NCBI RefSeq assembly: GCF_963921235.1
Contig: NC_086097.1
Coordinates: forward strand, 6,076,001 to 6,140,000
DNA length: 64,000 bases
Source of the DNA: Mobula hypostoma
Taxonomy: Eukaryota
Reading direction: 5' to 3'
Part shown: positions 46,537 through 59,403 of the stretch, piece by piece
Numbering within the stretch: the stretch's first letter is position 1
Layout: every line of letters begins with the position of its first letter
The notes under the pieces: generated by a model
What the model was told of the DNA's origin: nothing
Database searches by the model: none
What the model saw: only the letters and a program-made list of their open reading frames with translations
Translations under genes and position numbers: made by a program

Positions 46537-47370
46537 AGACTTCCGGTCAAGATGGTGCCAGTGAGCAATGATTTCTAATGCAACATCTTCTCGAGAGTCC
46601 ATGGAACTGATTATTTCACTTTTTCTACATCTTCTACTTATTCTTTTCAACTTAAATGTGTTTCTGGAACAGTTGGAGCCTGTGACTTATAGCTTGGAGT
46701 TCGATTCAGTGATCTAACACTCTGCTATCCCTGAGGGAGTGCCAGGAGGGATTTTGAGCATGAGCTGCCTGAAGGAGAAGCTCAGAGATGGGCTGTAGGG
46801 TCATTACCGACTCTGTTTCTCACCGATTGAAATGTCGAGGAAGATTGAAACATCGAGGCGAATCCTGAGGAGAGCGAGTGGTTGCTCTCATTGGAAGGCA
46901 GCCATGTTCGAGCGGTCACTCTCATCGATGCTGTCAGAGGAAGTTATTGAAATCCTGTGACTTACGTGAGTATTAGTGTGGACTGTAGTTCAAACTAATT
47001 GTAGTTCATAATGATCTTCAGTTTTCTGGGTTTTCTCTCTTGTTGCCAAACGGCGGGTGGGGGTTTGTGGTTTGATGTCCTTATTGCCACTTTTTGGGTG
47101 GTTGACATCTTAGTTTTTTGTAGAAGGAGGGGAGTAGTGTTTGGGGTTTGCTGTTCTTGTTGTTTTTCCATTGGTGACCTGTTTTTTTTGTGCAAGGGAG
47201 GGGTTTGGAGGTTTGGGGTTTCTTTTTTGTGCAGGGGGTATTGTTTTCTTTCTCTCAATGACTTCCATGGTTTTCTTTGTTTCGTGGCTATCTGGAGAAG
47301 GCAAATCATGGAGTTATAATCTGTAGACATACTTTGACCATAAAATGACCCTTTGAATCTTTGAACCTTG
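46537..47370 (+). repeat. Non-autonomous element with GACTTCCGGTCAAGATGG head and tttgaatc tail
   Basis: LINE-like 5' head, non-coding T/G-rich body, tail related to ~40260. Confidence 0.55.
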
Positions 47371-47608
47371 GGAAGTAAAAGAGAAGGTCAAATCCTGAAG
47401 TTACTCTCCAGTTCAGAGCGATTCCTGAAAAAAGTTTTTGATGGAGCTCACAAGGTAAAGGAAAGCTTCACACTTACATTTATATGGATGTTACAAACCA
47501 ATGAGTGAGTGTTGAAATGCTTTCAGATGTGAAGCATATAACACAGCCAAACGAAACATCATTACTCTGGGGCCAAAGTGCAAAACACAGTATCAAAAGT
47601 CACACACA

Positions 47609-48278
47609 TCAAAGTTGCTGGTGAACGCAGCAGGACAGGCAGCATCTCTAGGAAGAGGTACAGTCAACGTTTCGGGCTGAGACCCTTCGTCAGGACTAAC
47701 TGAAGGAAGAGTTAGTAAGAGATTTGAAAGTGGGAGGGGTAGGGGGAGATCCAAAATGATAGGAGAAGACAGGAGGGGGAGGGATGGAGCCAAGAGCTGG
47801 ACAGGTGACTGGCAAAAGGGATATGAGAGGATCATGGCACAGGAGGCCCAGAGAGAAGGAAAAGGGGGAGGGGGGAAAAACCCAGAGGATGGGCAAGGGG
47901 TATAGTCAGAGGGACAAAGGGAGAAAAAGGAGAGAGAGAAAAAGAATGTGTGTGTATATAAATAAATAACGGATGGGGTACGAGGGGGAGGTGGGGCTTT
48001 AGCAGAAGCTTGAGAAGTCAATGTTCATGCCATCAGGTTGGAGGCTACCCAGATGGAGTATAAGGTGTTGTTCCTCCAACCTGAGTGTGGCTTCATCTTT
48101 ATGGTAGAGGTGGTCGTGGATAGACATATCAGAATGGGAATGGGACATGGAATTAAAATGTGTGGCCACTGGGAGATCCTGCTTTCTCTGGTGGACAGAG
48201 CATAGGTGTTCAGCGTAACGATCTCCCAGTCTGTGTTGGGTCTCTCCAATATACAGAAGGCCACATCGGGAGCACCAG
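47609..48278 (-). mobile_element. 5'-truncated Penelope-like (Neptune-type) element
   Basis: IWCSRCGLLYIGETQHRLGDRYAEH..PVATHFN..LRLEEQHLILHLGSLQPDGMN (GIY-YIG). 17-bp duplication ATCAAAAGTCACACACA at 47592-47608 and 48279-48295. Confidence 0.92.
47662..47697 (-). ncRNA. Minimal hammerhead motif
   Basis: Minus strand: AGUC-CUGACGA-AGGGUCUCAGCCC-GAAA-CGUU-GACU. Confidence 0.8.
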
Positions 48279-48589
48279 ATCAAAAGTCACACACAGTACA
48301 AAGCTCACATAGCACATACAAGATAACAAGCACATGAATGACAGCAGTTCAGTACAGTCTCCCAAAAAAATTATAGTCCAAGACCCCGAGTCCATGAATG
48401 TTGCAGCAGTCTGCAGTCGACACAATACAGGTTGCTTTTTGCTGAGATCATTTTTGTTTTGTCAGCCTCTCAAGTGGATCCATAGCTGCTGTGCACACAC
48501 ATCACAGACAAAACTAGGCCCTCACTCACTGCCCCTGTAGTGCTAGAAACTACAAATTAAAAATTTTTACTCAAACAGACCAAAGAGTC

Positions 48590-48867
48590 TTGATTTTCCA
48601 GCATCTGCAGATTTCCTCGTGTTCGTGTTTTTAATTTCACTACTGCGAAGCCTGTTCTGGTGATGCCTACACTGAAGAAGTTTAAATCTTCTCTTCGACA
48701 GGAGTTCAGTGAAACCATCTCTTACTGCTCCCCATCTGTAATTTCTTCGACTCTTCAACTTTTCGAAGCCCTGACGAAGGGTCTCGGCCTGAAACGTTGA
48801 CTGTACCTCTCCCTAGAGATGCTGCCTGGCCTGCTGCGTTCACCAGCAACTTTTATGTGTGTTGCTT
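48590..48867 (+). mobile_element. 278-bp permuted Penelope-like mini-element with a hammerhead motif (48767-48802)
   Basis: Duplication AGACCAAAGAGTC / AGATCAAAGAGTC at 48577-48589 and 48868-48880. The insert starts with the sequence that follows its own end in other copies. Confidence 0.85.
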
Positions 48868-48994
48868 AGATCAAAGAGTCACATTGATGGAGTTACATAA
48901 GGAAGAAAGGGAAGAGGCTTGAAGGGAGCTCATATGCTTACACATTCTGGCAGACAAAGGGGCTCGCTTCTGCATTACCGTTTGTAATGTAATA

Positions 48995-49147
48995 CGGGTC
49001 GACCTTCACTAATCCGGCACCACTGGCACCTGAGGAGTGCCGGATTAGTGAAAATGCCGAATTACAGAAGGATCACATTAAGCATAATCAGTGCCGGATT
49101 ATCTAGGAACCGGTTTATAGGTAGTCGGATTAGTGAAGGTCGACCTT
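48995..49147. mobile_element. 153-bp MITE, Tigger/pogo-like
   Basis: 20-bp perfect inverted repeat GGTCGACCTTCACTAATCCG (48997-49016 and 49126-49145); TA on both sides; internal GTGCCGGATTA repeats. Confidence 0.85.
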
Positions 49148-50536
49148 TACCAAGAGAAGTACAATCTGTAGTACTTGCTGTTTCTGAGTATGTAAAGCAA
49201 GCAAACTTCACAAGTAGACTGCAACAAACACACAAAGTATAAATAAGGAGGAGTGATTTAAATCAATAAAAAAGTGTTTGCAAGGTTACAGCCTTGAGAC
49301 TATTGATTCTAAACAACTCTCAGTAATTATGCACTTGATGAACTTTTCTTAAAATCAATATCCCCTTGCTGTGCGTTAAGATAGATTTTCATCTTATTGT
49401 ACGGAAAAAGTATTTCTGTCACCGAGTACAGGTTTCTGTGCAATTACGGTTGCATTGTTTGCTGTAGGAATGACTGAATATCTCCCTTCGCACATTAAAT
49501 CATCTCAGAACCTACTGTAAAGCGAATGCACTAACCTCTACCCGCCAAAGTCGGTAAGGAGTTTGTACATGTTCCTGTACATTCAACCATGTAGGTTTCC
49601 TCTGGGTGCTCTAATTTCCTTCCACGTTTCAAAGGCCCACCGTTAGTGAGTTGGGGACATGCTCTCTTTGTTTTGGAGGCATGGCAACACTTGCCGTCCA
49701 CCCCCAGCATAATGATCACTAATTTGATTTGACATGAAATACACATTTCACTGCATGTACCGGTGTACATGTGATCAATAGAGCCAATCTTTATCATTAG
49801 GTATGCAAGACTTCCTTGTAGCTTAAGACCATAAGACATAGGAGCAGACTTAGGCTATCGGGCTGATCCTTCTACCCACTCCCCAGCCTTCTCCCAATAA
49901 CCTTTGTCGCCCTGGCGAAACAAGAACCTATCAATCTCTGCCTTAAATACACCCAAGAAGCTGGCCTCCACAGCAGCCAATTCTCATTTTATTACCCTCT
50001 GGCAACAGAAGTTTCTCCGCATCTCTGTTTTGAAAGGATGCCCCTCTATCCTGAGCTGTGCCCTCTTGTCCTAGACTCTGCCACCATGGGAAACATCCCT
50101 TCCACATCTACTCTGTGTAGGCCTTTCAACATTTGAAATGTTTCAAAGAGAACTCCCTCATACATTTAAATTCATGTGAGTATAGACCCAGAGCCATCAA
50201 ACATTGATAACCCTTCCATTCCCGCAATCATCCTTGTAAAACTCTTCTGAACCCTCTCCAATGGCAGCACAAATTTGTGACAATGAGGAGCCCAAAAACT
50301 GTTTACAATACTCAAGCTGAGGCCTCACCAGTACCTTATAAAGCCTCAGATCAGATCCCTGCTCTTGTATTCTAGACATATTGAAATGAATGCTAACACT
50401 GCATTTGCCTTCCTCACCACGACTCACCCTGCAAGTTAACCTTCAGGGTGTGTTGCTCAAAGACTTCCGACTCTGTCTGCATCTCAAATATTTGGATTTT
50501 CTCCTCATTTAGGTAATAGGCTGCACATTTATTTCC

Positions 50537-51506
50537 AATGTCAGATTGCTGGCAGGTGGTAAGAGTGGTCTCCCTCACCTCCACCCCTCAATACAGGAGC
50601 CCTCAGGACTGTCCCCTCCTTTACTCCCTGTATACCCATGACTGTATCACCACCCACAGCTCTAATCTGCTAATTAAATTTGCCGACAACACTACATTGA
50701 TTGGCCTAATCTCAAACAATAACGAGGTTCCCTACAGGGAAGAAGACATCTCTCTGACACAATGGTGTCAAGAAAACCTCTCCCTCAGTGTTGCAGAAAC
50801 AAAGGAGCTGGAGGAATGGAGACGAGCTAACCCCTATTGACATCAATGGATCTGGGGTTCAGAGTGTAAACAGCTTTAAGTTCCTCGGCATCCACATCAC
50901 TGAGGACCTCACATGGATTGTACACACCAGCTGTGTGGTGAAAAAAGCGCAACAGCACCTCTTGCACCTCAGCCAGTTGAGGAAGTTTGGTATGGGCCCC
51001 CAAATCCTAAGAACTTTCTACAGGGGCACAATTGAGAGCATCCTGACTGGCTGCATCACTGCCTGGTATGGGAACTGTACTTCCCTCAATCGCAGGACTC
51101 TGCAGAGAGTAGTGCAAACAGTCCAGCACATCTGTAGTTGTGAACTTCTCATGATTCAGGACATTTACAAAGACAGGTGAGTAAAAAGGGCCCGTGGGAT
51201 CACCAGGGATCTGGGTCACCCTAATCACAATCTATTCCAGCTGCTGCCATCTGGAAAACGGTACCACAGCATAAAAGCCAGGACCAACAGGCTCCGGGAC
51301 AGCTTCTTCCACCAGGCCATCAGACTGATTAACTCAGAATGATTTGAGTATATTTCTATGTTACATTGACTGTTCTATTATTAAAAATTATTATAAATTA
51401 CTATGATTGCACATTGTACATTTTGACAGAGACATAACGTAAAGATTTTTACTCCTCATGTATGTGAAGGATGTAAGAAATAAAGTCAATCCATATTCAA
51501 TTCAAT
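50537..51506 (+). repeat. Rex1/Babar 5'-truncated copy
   Basis: LLYSLYTHDC..IKFADNTT, FKFLGIHI, ESILTGCITAWYGNC; (TTCAA)n tail. Confidence 0.88.
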
Positions 51507-52124
51507 ACTACCAAAGTGTACGATTATGCGTTTTCCAACATTGTATTTTATTTGCCACTTTCTTGCCCATTCTCCTCTAAGTCCTTCTGCAGCCTATTTG
51601 CTTCTTCAAAACTACCTGTCCCTTCAACAATCTACATATCATATGTAAACTTAGCAACAAAGTAATTTATTCCATCATCTAAATTATTAATATACAGCAT
51701 AAAAGGAAGTGGTCCCAACACTGACCCCTGCAGAACACCACTAGCCACTACAGACAATGAGAAAATGATCCTTTTATTCCCACACACTGCATCCTACCAA
51801 TCAGCCAATGCTCTCACCATGCCAGTAACTTTCCTGTAATATCATGGGTTCTTAACTTGGTAAGCAGCCTCGTGTGTGGTACCTTGTCAAAGGCCTTCTG
51901 AAAGTCCAAATATGCAACAGTCACTGCATCCCCTTTATCTATCCTACTTGTAATCTCCTCAAAGAATTCCAGCAGGTTTGTCAGGCAAGATTTTCCCTTA
52001 AGGAAACCATGCTGACTTTGTCCTATCTTGTCCTGTATCACCAAATACAGCATATCCTCATCCTTAACATTTGACTACAACATCTTCCCAACCACTGAGA
52101 TCAGGCTAACTGGTCTATAATTTC

Positions 52125-52526
52125 TCCACCTTCCGGTAATTCCCCCCCCCCTCCTTTATTCCTATGTCACTCTACCCCCTCCCCCAGCTGCCTATCACCT
52201 CCCTCATGGTTCCACCTCCTTCTACTACCCATTGTGTTTTCCCCTATTACTTCTTCATCTTTCCTGCCTATCACCTCCCTGCCTCCCCTCCCCCACCCCT
52301 TTGTCTTTCCCCTTACTGGTTTTTCACCTGGAACCTACCAGCCTTCTCCTTCCCACCCTCCCCCCACCTTCTTTATAGGGCCTCTGCCCCTTCCCTCTAC
52401 AGTCCTGACGAAGGGTTCTGGCCCGAAACGTCGACTGATCATTTCCACGGATGCTGCCTGACCTGCTGAGTTCCTCCAGCGTGTTGTGAGTGTTGCTTTG
52501 ACCCCAGCATCTGCAGATTATTTTGT
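52125..52526 (+). mobile_element. Solo Penelope-like pLTR insertion
   Basis: 12-bp duplication GTCTATAATTTC at 52113-52124 and 52527-52538. Confidence 0.88.
52401..52436 (+). ncRNA. Minimal type I hammerhead ribozyme motif, intact core
   Basis: (C)AGUC-CUGACGA-AGGGUUCUGGCCC-GAAA-CGUC-GACU(G). Confidence 0.85.
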
Positions 52527-55500
52527 GTCTATAATTTCCTTTCTGCTGCCTCGTTGTTTCTTAAAGAGTGGAGTGACATTTGCAATTTTACAGTCCTCTA
52601 GTACCATGCCAGAGTCCAATGATTTTTGAAAGAACATTGCTAATGCTTCCACAATCTCTACCACTACCTCTTTTAGAATCCTAGGGTGTAGTTCATCTGG
52701 TCTGGTTGACCTATGTTCCCTTTAGTCTTTCAGATTTTTGAGCACCTTCTTCCTTTTGGTAGAAACTGCACTCACTTCTCTTCCCTCACCCCCTTCAATA
52801 TCTGGCACACCGCTAGTGTCTTCCACAGTGAAGACTGACACAAAATACTCATTTCGTTCATCTGCTATCTCTTTGTCCCCTCTTATTACTTCTCCAGCTT
52901 CAAATTCCAGTTATCCTTTATCCACTCTCATCTCTCTTATTATTTACATACTTGAAAAAGCTTTTACTATCCACTTTGATATTGTTTGCTAGCTTGCTTT
53001 CAAATTTCATCTTTCCCCCCAATGATTATTTTAGATGCTGGCTGTAGGTTTTTAAAAGTTTCCCAATCCCCTATCTTCCCACTAATTTTGCTTTGCTCTG
53101 TGTCCTCCTTTTAGCTTTTACATTAGCTTTGATTTCCCTTGTCAGCCATGGTTGCACTGTTTTGCCATTTGAATATTTCTTTGTTTTTGGAATCCTGCAC
53201 CTTGTTTGTTCTTCCCAGAAACTTTGGCCATTGCTGCTCTGCTGATATCCCTGCCAGCGTCGCCTTTAATTTACTTTGACTAACTTCTCTCTCAGACCAC
53301 TCTAATTTCCTTTACTCCACTGAAATATTGCAATGTCAGACTTTAGTTTCTTCCCATCAAATTTCAAGTTTAACTCAATCATATTGTGATAACTGCCTCC
53401 TAAGGGTTCTTTTACCTCAAGTTCCTGAATCACCTCCTATTCATTACATAACACCCAATACAGTACAGCTGATCCCCTAGTAGGCTCAACAACAAACTGC
53501 TCTAAAAAGCTGTCTCATAGGCATCCAACAAACTCACTCTCTTGAGGTCCACTGCCAACCTGATTTTCCCAATCGAACTGCATGTTAAAATATCTCATGA
53601 CTATCATAACATTGCCCTTTTGACATGCCTTTTCTATTTCCCACTGTAATCTGTGGTCCACATTCCAGCAGTTGGGTGCCTGTATGTAACTGCCATCTGG
53701 TCCTTTTACCCTTGCAGTTTCTTAACTCAACCCACAAGGATTCAACGTCTTCCTATCCTATGTCACATCTTTCTGATGATTTGATGCCATCTTTACCAGC
53801 AGAGCCATGCCTCCCCCTCTCCCTACCTTCCTATCCCTCCAATACAATGAGTAGCCTTGGACATTCAGCTCCCAATTACAACTATCTTCAGCTATGATTC
53901 AGTGCTGGGTGCAACATCATACCTAACAATCTGTAATAATGCAACACCTCATTTCTTATATTTCATGCATTGAGATATAACATTTTGAGTGCTGTATTTG
54001 CTACCCTTTTTGATTCTGCATCCTTAATATATTGATACTTACCCTGATGGCTGCAGTTATGTCCTATCATCTGCCTGCCCTTGACAGTCCGACTGCACAC
54101 TATCTTTGTTTTTTTACCATGCTATCCTGAGTCCCTTCACTCCAGTTCCCACTTTGCTGCCAAAGAAGTTTAAACCCTTGCCATCAGCTCTAACAGAACT
54201 GCCCATGAGAATGTTGGTCCCCTCGGGTTCACGTGTCAATTTTGTACAGATCATACCTCCCTGCAGAAGAGATCCCAATGATCAAAGATCCTAATGCCCT
54301 GCCCCCTGCGCCAGCTTCTCATGCACATATTTATCTGCCAAATCATCCTGCTTCTACTCTTACTGGTGCATAGCACAGGTAGCAATCTAGAAATCACTAT
54401 CCTGGAGGGCCTGCTTCACAGCTTTCTACATAGCTCTCTAAATTCCCTTTTCAGGACCTCTTTGCTTTTCCTTCCTATGTCATTCGTATCAATATGTACC
54501 AAGACATCTGGCTGCTCTCCCGCCAACCGCCCACCCCCCACCGAAAAATGCTGTGGGCGTGGTCTAAGACATCCCTGACTTGGTACCAGGAGGCAACATA
54601 CCACCTGGGTGTCCCGTTCATGTTCACAGAATCTCCTGTCTGTTCCTGACTTTTGAGTCCTCTTTCACTATTGCTCCCCCGGTCTCCCTCTTTCTTTTCT
54701 GTACTATGGATCTATGCTCAGTGTCAGTAACACAGTCTCTGTGGCATTCCCCTGGGAGGTCATCCTCCCACAACAGTATCCAAAGCAGTATACTTATTAT
54801 TCAGTAGAATGGCCACCGGGGTGCTCTGCATTAACTGCCTATTCACATTTCCATTTCTCCTGACAGTCACCCAGCAACTCGCCTCCTGCAACTGAGGGGT
54901 GACTGCTTCCCTGCAAGTCTGATTGGTTATCTCCTCACTCTCCCGTACAAGCCAAAGGTCATGCATCTGCTGCTCCAGATCCCTAGCACTGTCTTCAAGG
55001 AGCTCACGCAAATGTAGTTCCCTACAGCATTGTTAAAGTTTAATTTTTAAATCAAGGAAGAACTGCTTTAATGGGAATAATAAGCACTAGTCAGAGAAAG
55101 ACAGTGCTTAACTCCATGCACATCACATTTAGCACTATACTCATTTGAGCATGTGTATCACATTGAGAGTTACTTATGAAACCCCCTTCTCTGTATCTCT
55201 CCAGAATCTGCTTGTTAGCCCCTTACTGACAGCCACCAGACATCAGCACTGAGAAAACCCAGCTTTCTCTGGCTTTGTATGTCTAGTGTGTAGATGGCTC
55301 CAGCTTGGGATTGGGACGACTTGTCCACCCAAGCCCCAATTTGTGTGAATGCTGTGTGATCTACTGCCCTGTTAGGGTCTGTCACCAGGAAATAATATAT
55401 TGCACACTGCATACAATTATAAAGAAGTATATTTGTGGACATTAATTTAACTAAAAGACTTAGTAAAGAAAAGAAAGAAAAAAACAAAAAGAGACCATTA

Positions 55501-56461
55501 TAATTAAACAGTCAAATGTGCACAGGCTGGAGTTCAAATCTTCCAAAAGCTACATTCATCGATCCTTGGCAGACTTATACGCCTTGGCTCCATCGAATCG
55601 TGTGTCCTACCAGATCGAATCCTATGACCGGCTCTCTCCAGTGTCTTCTTTCTTCATCTCTCACCGAGCAAAGACCAAGACCAACCTTCATGCCTCTCAC
55701 AAAACCTCTTCCTCCACCCCCCACCAGCATTCTCTGGAACCTTCTCCCAGTTCCTCTGTCCTAATTGGATGGCACATATTCCTAAACATCCCTTATCTTC
55801 ACCGGTAACCCAAACAGGTTGAAAACAGAACAGACTGAATACTTACAGAACTGTTAAAATGAAATACCTACAATATAGCAGTAAAAATGAGAGCCAGGGT
55901 GTTACATGTAAGCTATTAGAAGCTACATATTCAGATTAAAAAGTTGTAGTTCAGAGGAAGATGGACTATTAAACTTTTGAACCAGTGGGATAAATTTATT
56001 CACCCCATCACTGCAATGGACTCATTTTCAAGGACTCATCATCTCACATTCCCAATTATTATTATATATTTACTTGTGGCCACTTGATCCAGTAAAGGGG
56101 AAAATGAGCAGATCTGTCTCCAATTTACAGCCAATGTACAACACTAGTCTTCAGTTCAATACAAAAGGGCCTCGTTATTGTCTAGCTGCAGTTAATAATA
56201 TTTACTGATGTAGACTGAGAGACGATAGTTGTGATAATATACTGTATATGCAGCATGTGAACCAGAGGGGAAACCTCACTCGCCCAACACAGAATTGCAC
56301 CTACAACCTATGAACTCACTTTCAAAGATTCTTCAAATCATGGTATCAATATTTATTGCTTGTCTATTTATTTATTTATTCTTTTTTTGTATTTGCACAG
56401 TGGCATTATAAAGAAACGTCAAGATCACCTTTACTGCCTCAGAAGTTTGCGAAGATTCAGC

Positions 56462-56805
56462 ATGAAACATAGATAGAAACGTAGAAAACTTACAGCACAA
56501 TACAGGCCTTTCAGCCCACAAAGCTGTGCTGAACATGTCCCTACCTTAGAAATTACCTAGGGTTACCCATAGCCCTCTATTTTTCTCCGCTCCATGTACC
56601 TATCCAGGAGTCTCTTAAAAGACCCTATCATATCTGCCTCCATCACTGTCACTGGCAGCCCATTCCACACACTCACCACACTCTGCGTAAAAAACTTACC
56701 CCTGACATCTCCTCTGTACCTACTTCCAAGCACCTTAAAACTGTGCGCTTTCGTGCTAGCCATTTCAGCCCTGGGAAAAAGCCTCCGACTATCTACACGA
56801 TCAAT
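56462..56805 (-). repeat. CR1 3' end, same subfamily as ~46250-46430
   Basis: LFPRAEMASTKAHSFKVLG..FFTQSVVSVWNGLP. Confidence 0.85.
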
Positions 56806-57470
56806 GGCTCTCCCACAACTGACTGCTATTCGATATACCAAGGACACAGCCTAGAAGACTAGCACGCCGTCAGGCCTTCAGGATTTTGTGGTTCTGGAGG
56901 TGGGCGGACTCAAGGTCGGTGCCTCCACAGGAAATTGGTGTACCCTGGGAGAAGGAAGATCGAAAGCAGCAAGTTTGCTGCTGGCTGTGTGCCCAGAGAC
57001 CTGAGTTCTTTGGTCACAAAGCTTGAAAAAGTCACACAACCAACTTTTAACATCATTGTTTGTTATGTCTTCCCTCTCACTGTGAAATGGGACATCTCTT
57101 TTTCCCTTATTAGGAAGGGAGAGAGCTTGTGGTATGTCAAATTACCGGGTGAACGAGTAGTCTTTGGAGTACTGCAAGTCTGTGTCTTTATTGATATTTT
57201 ACTGCGTGCTTGAGTGCTTGGTGGGGGGAGGGGGTGGCAGTGATGGCTGGTGGGGGAGGGGGGATCATTGCTTTGCTACTGCTTATGCATGGGAGGGGGG
57301 AGCTGGGGGGGTTGCTTTGGGATTCTGACAATTAACTGTCTCATCCCTTGGGCCACTCCTTTGTTTTCGTGGATGGCTGCGAAGAAAAACAAGTTTAGGA
57401 TGTATATTGTAAACGTTTCTCTGACATTAAGTGTACCCTTGAACCATTGAAACCTTTGAATTTTGAACTT
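56806..57470 (+). repeat. Non-autonomous element with (TTGAAC) tail
   Basis: Ends ctgacattaagtgtacccttgaaccattgaaacctttgaattttgaac. Confidence 0.5.
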
Positions 57471-57699
57471 CAAACTTTCTGTATTTGCATAGGTGTGAAC
57501 AGCTATAATTATCCAATGTAAATGGCAATAAAAATCAAATATAAAGGTAGAAACAAATTTCTAAGTTTTTGATGCATTTAAAATCATAGAGACAGATATT
57601 GACATCACATTGCGGGTGCATTAAACAGAGAGAATCAATACTAATTTTATTGGACAAAATAGTTATAAATTTCTGTTGCCGAATATTTGCATTCTAACT

Positions 57700-58157
57700 A
57701 TTTGCATCACTGTCTGGTATGGATGTGGCACTGCACAGGATTGGAAAAAAACGGCAGAAAGTTGTAAACTCCGCCAGCTCCATCATGAGCGCTAAACTCC
57801 CCAACATCGAGGACATTTTCAAAAGCCGATGTCTCAAATTGTGACACCCTTCATTAGGGACCCCCAGCACCCAGGACGTGCCCCCTTCTCACTGCTACGA
57901 TCAAGATGGAGGTACAGGAGCCTGAAGACACATAGTCAATGATTCAGAAACAGCTTCTTCCCCTCTGCCATCAGGTTTCTGAATGAACAATGAACCCATC
58001 TATACTACCTCAATACTTTTTGTTCTCTTTTTGTATTACTCATTTAAAATACATATGCATTTGTTATTGTAATTTTTAAATTCTGTATTTCAATGTACTG
58101 CTGCCACAAAACAACAAATTTCACAACATATGCCAATCATATTAAGTCGGATTCTGC
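57700..58157 (+). repeat. Rex1/Babar-derived 3' fragment
   Basis: CITVWYG..QKVVNSASSI remnant; gattctg tail. Confidence 0.7.
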
Positions 58158-58894
58158 TCATCAGATCATTTGAATCTCATGCTAAGCTCCTTTAGAAAAT
58201 AAAGGAACTTGGATTTCAAAATGCATTTTGTTGTCTCATCTTAATTTATTGTTCTTGATCTTTGACTCCTTAGTGGACTAAACTCCACTGGTTGGCACTT
58301 AATTAAATGAGGGACGCAGGTCAGTGCTTGAAAGAGTTATGAAGCGGTCTCAATTACACCTGAATATTTATATCCAAAGTTGATCTATTTTTCTAAATCA
58401 CTTGTAACCCTCTTCAATACAAACACAGCATGCCTGTTATTCATGCAGCAAGGTATTCTCTGACGAAAATCATGCTCTTTTGGGTTATCAGAGAAACAGA
58501 TCTAGTAGGCTCTAAAAGCAGAATACACACTGTTATTGCAGACTGTATAAAACCATTAGACCTTGAGACCCATCGAGTCTGCTCTGCCATTCCATCATGG
58601 CTGATTTATTGTCCTTCTCAACCCCATTCTCCTGCCTTCTCCTCATAACTCTGCTTTAAATATATCAAATAATTTGGCCTCCACAGCCTTCTGTGGCAGT
58701 GAATTTCACTGATTCACCACCCTCTGGCTAAATAAATTCCTCCCTATATAGCATCAGACCTAGATAATGTTCCACACTGTTGGGCAGACATTTTCTAGTG
58801 CTGGAGCTGGCTGTAATAGCTTGGCTTGAGGTGGAATGCAAGCCTTCAGCAGCACATAACTGAGCTGGCATGTTGCCTGGTCCTATAACCAGAG

Positions 58895-59160
58895 ATGGTG
58901 TGGAACAGGCCCTTCAGGCCCAATGAACGGTGCCACCCAGCAACCCACCTATTTAACCCTCGCCTAATCACAGGGCATTTTACAATGATCAGTTAACCTA
59001 TTAGCAGTACGTCTTTGGACTGTGGGAGGAATACAGAGGACATGGAGGAAACCCACAGAGGACACACAGCTTCCTTATAGATGATGCTGGGATTGAACTC
59101 TGAACTCCGATGCCCTGAGCTGTAACAGCGTCATGCTGACCACGTCGCTACTGTGGTGCC
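58895..59160 (-). repeat. V-SINE
   Basis: Reverse complement of the V-domain: gtctttggactgtgggaggaa..ggaggaaacccac. Confidence 0.75.
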
Positions 59161-59403
59161 CTGAAACAGAATGAATTATCTCGGCTGAAGACTGGCCTCT
59201 GCAATGACAGAGCACCAGGGAGCAGTGACAGATTGTCAACATTCTTGGCTAGAAGTATTTGCATATGATTCAGACTTTGCTTTGGACTGAAAAACAGCAG
59301 CAAAATAGTGGGAATGCTGGAATTCAGAGAAGAATCAGAATCATGTTTAATATCACTGGCAGATGTTGTGAAATCTGTTGTTTTGCGACAGCAGTGCATT
59401 GCA

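Larger units (their letters stand above)
49825..55010 (-). mobile_element. Near full-length decayed CR1 (ORF1 to 3' tail) with two nested inserts
   Basis: DLEQQMHDL (54760-55011), PDVLVHIDTNDI, SQHGFLKGKSCLTNLLEFFEE..DFQKAFDKVPH (51814-52053), LVRPQLEYC; tail at ~49830. Confidence 0.85.

Noticed and set aside
47999..48283. Stand-alone GIY-YIG nuclease gene or homing endonuclease
   Set aside because: Truncated, present three times, and always attached to the Penelope-like pLTR.
50788..51180. Host gene with a DUF1891-like segment
   Set aside because: Continuous with Rex1/Babar RT motifs and a (TTCAA)n tail.
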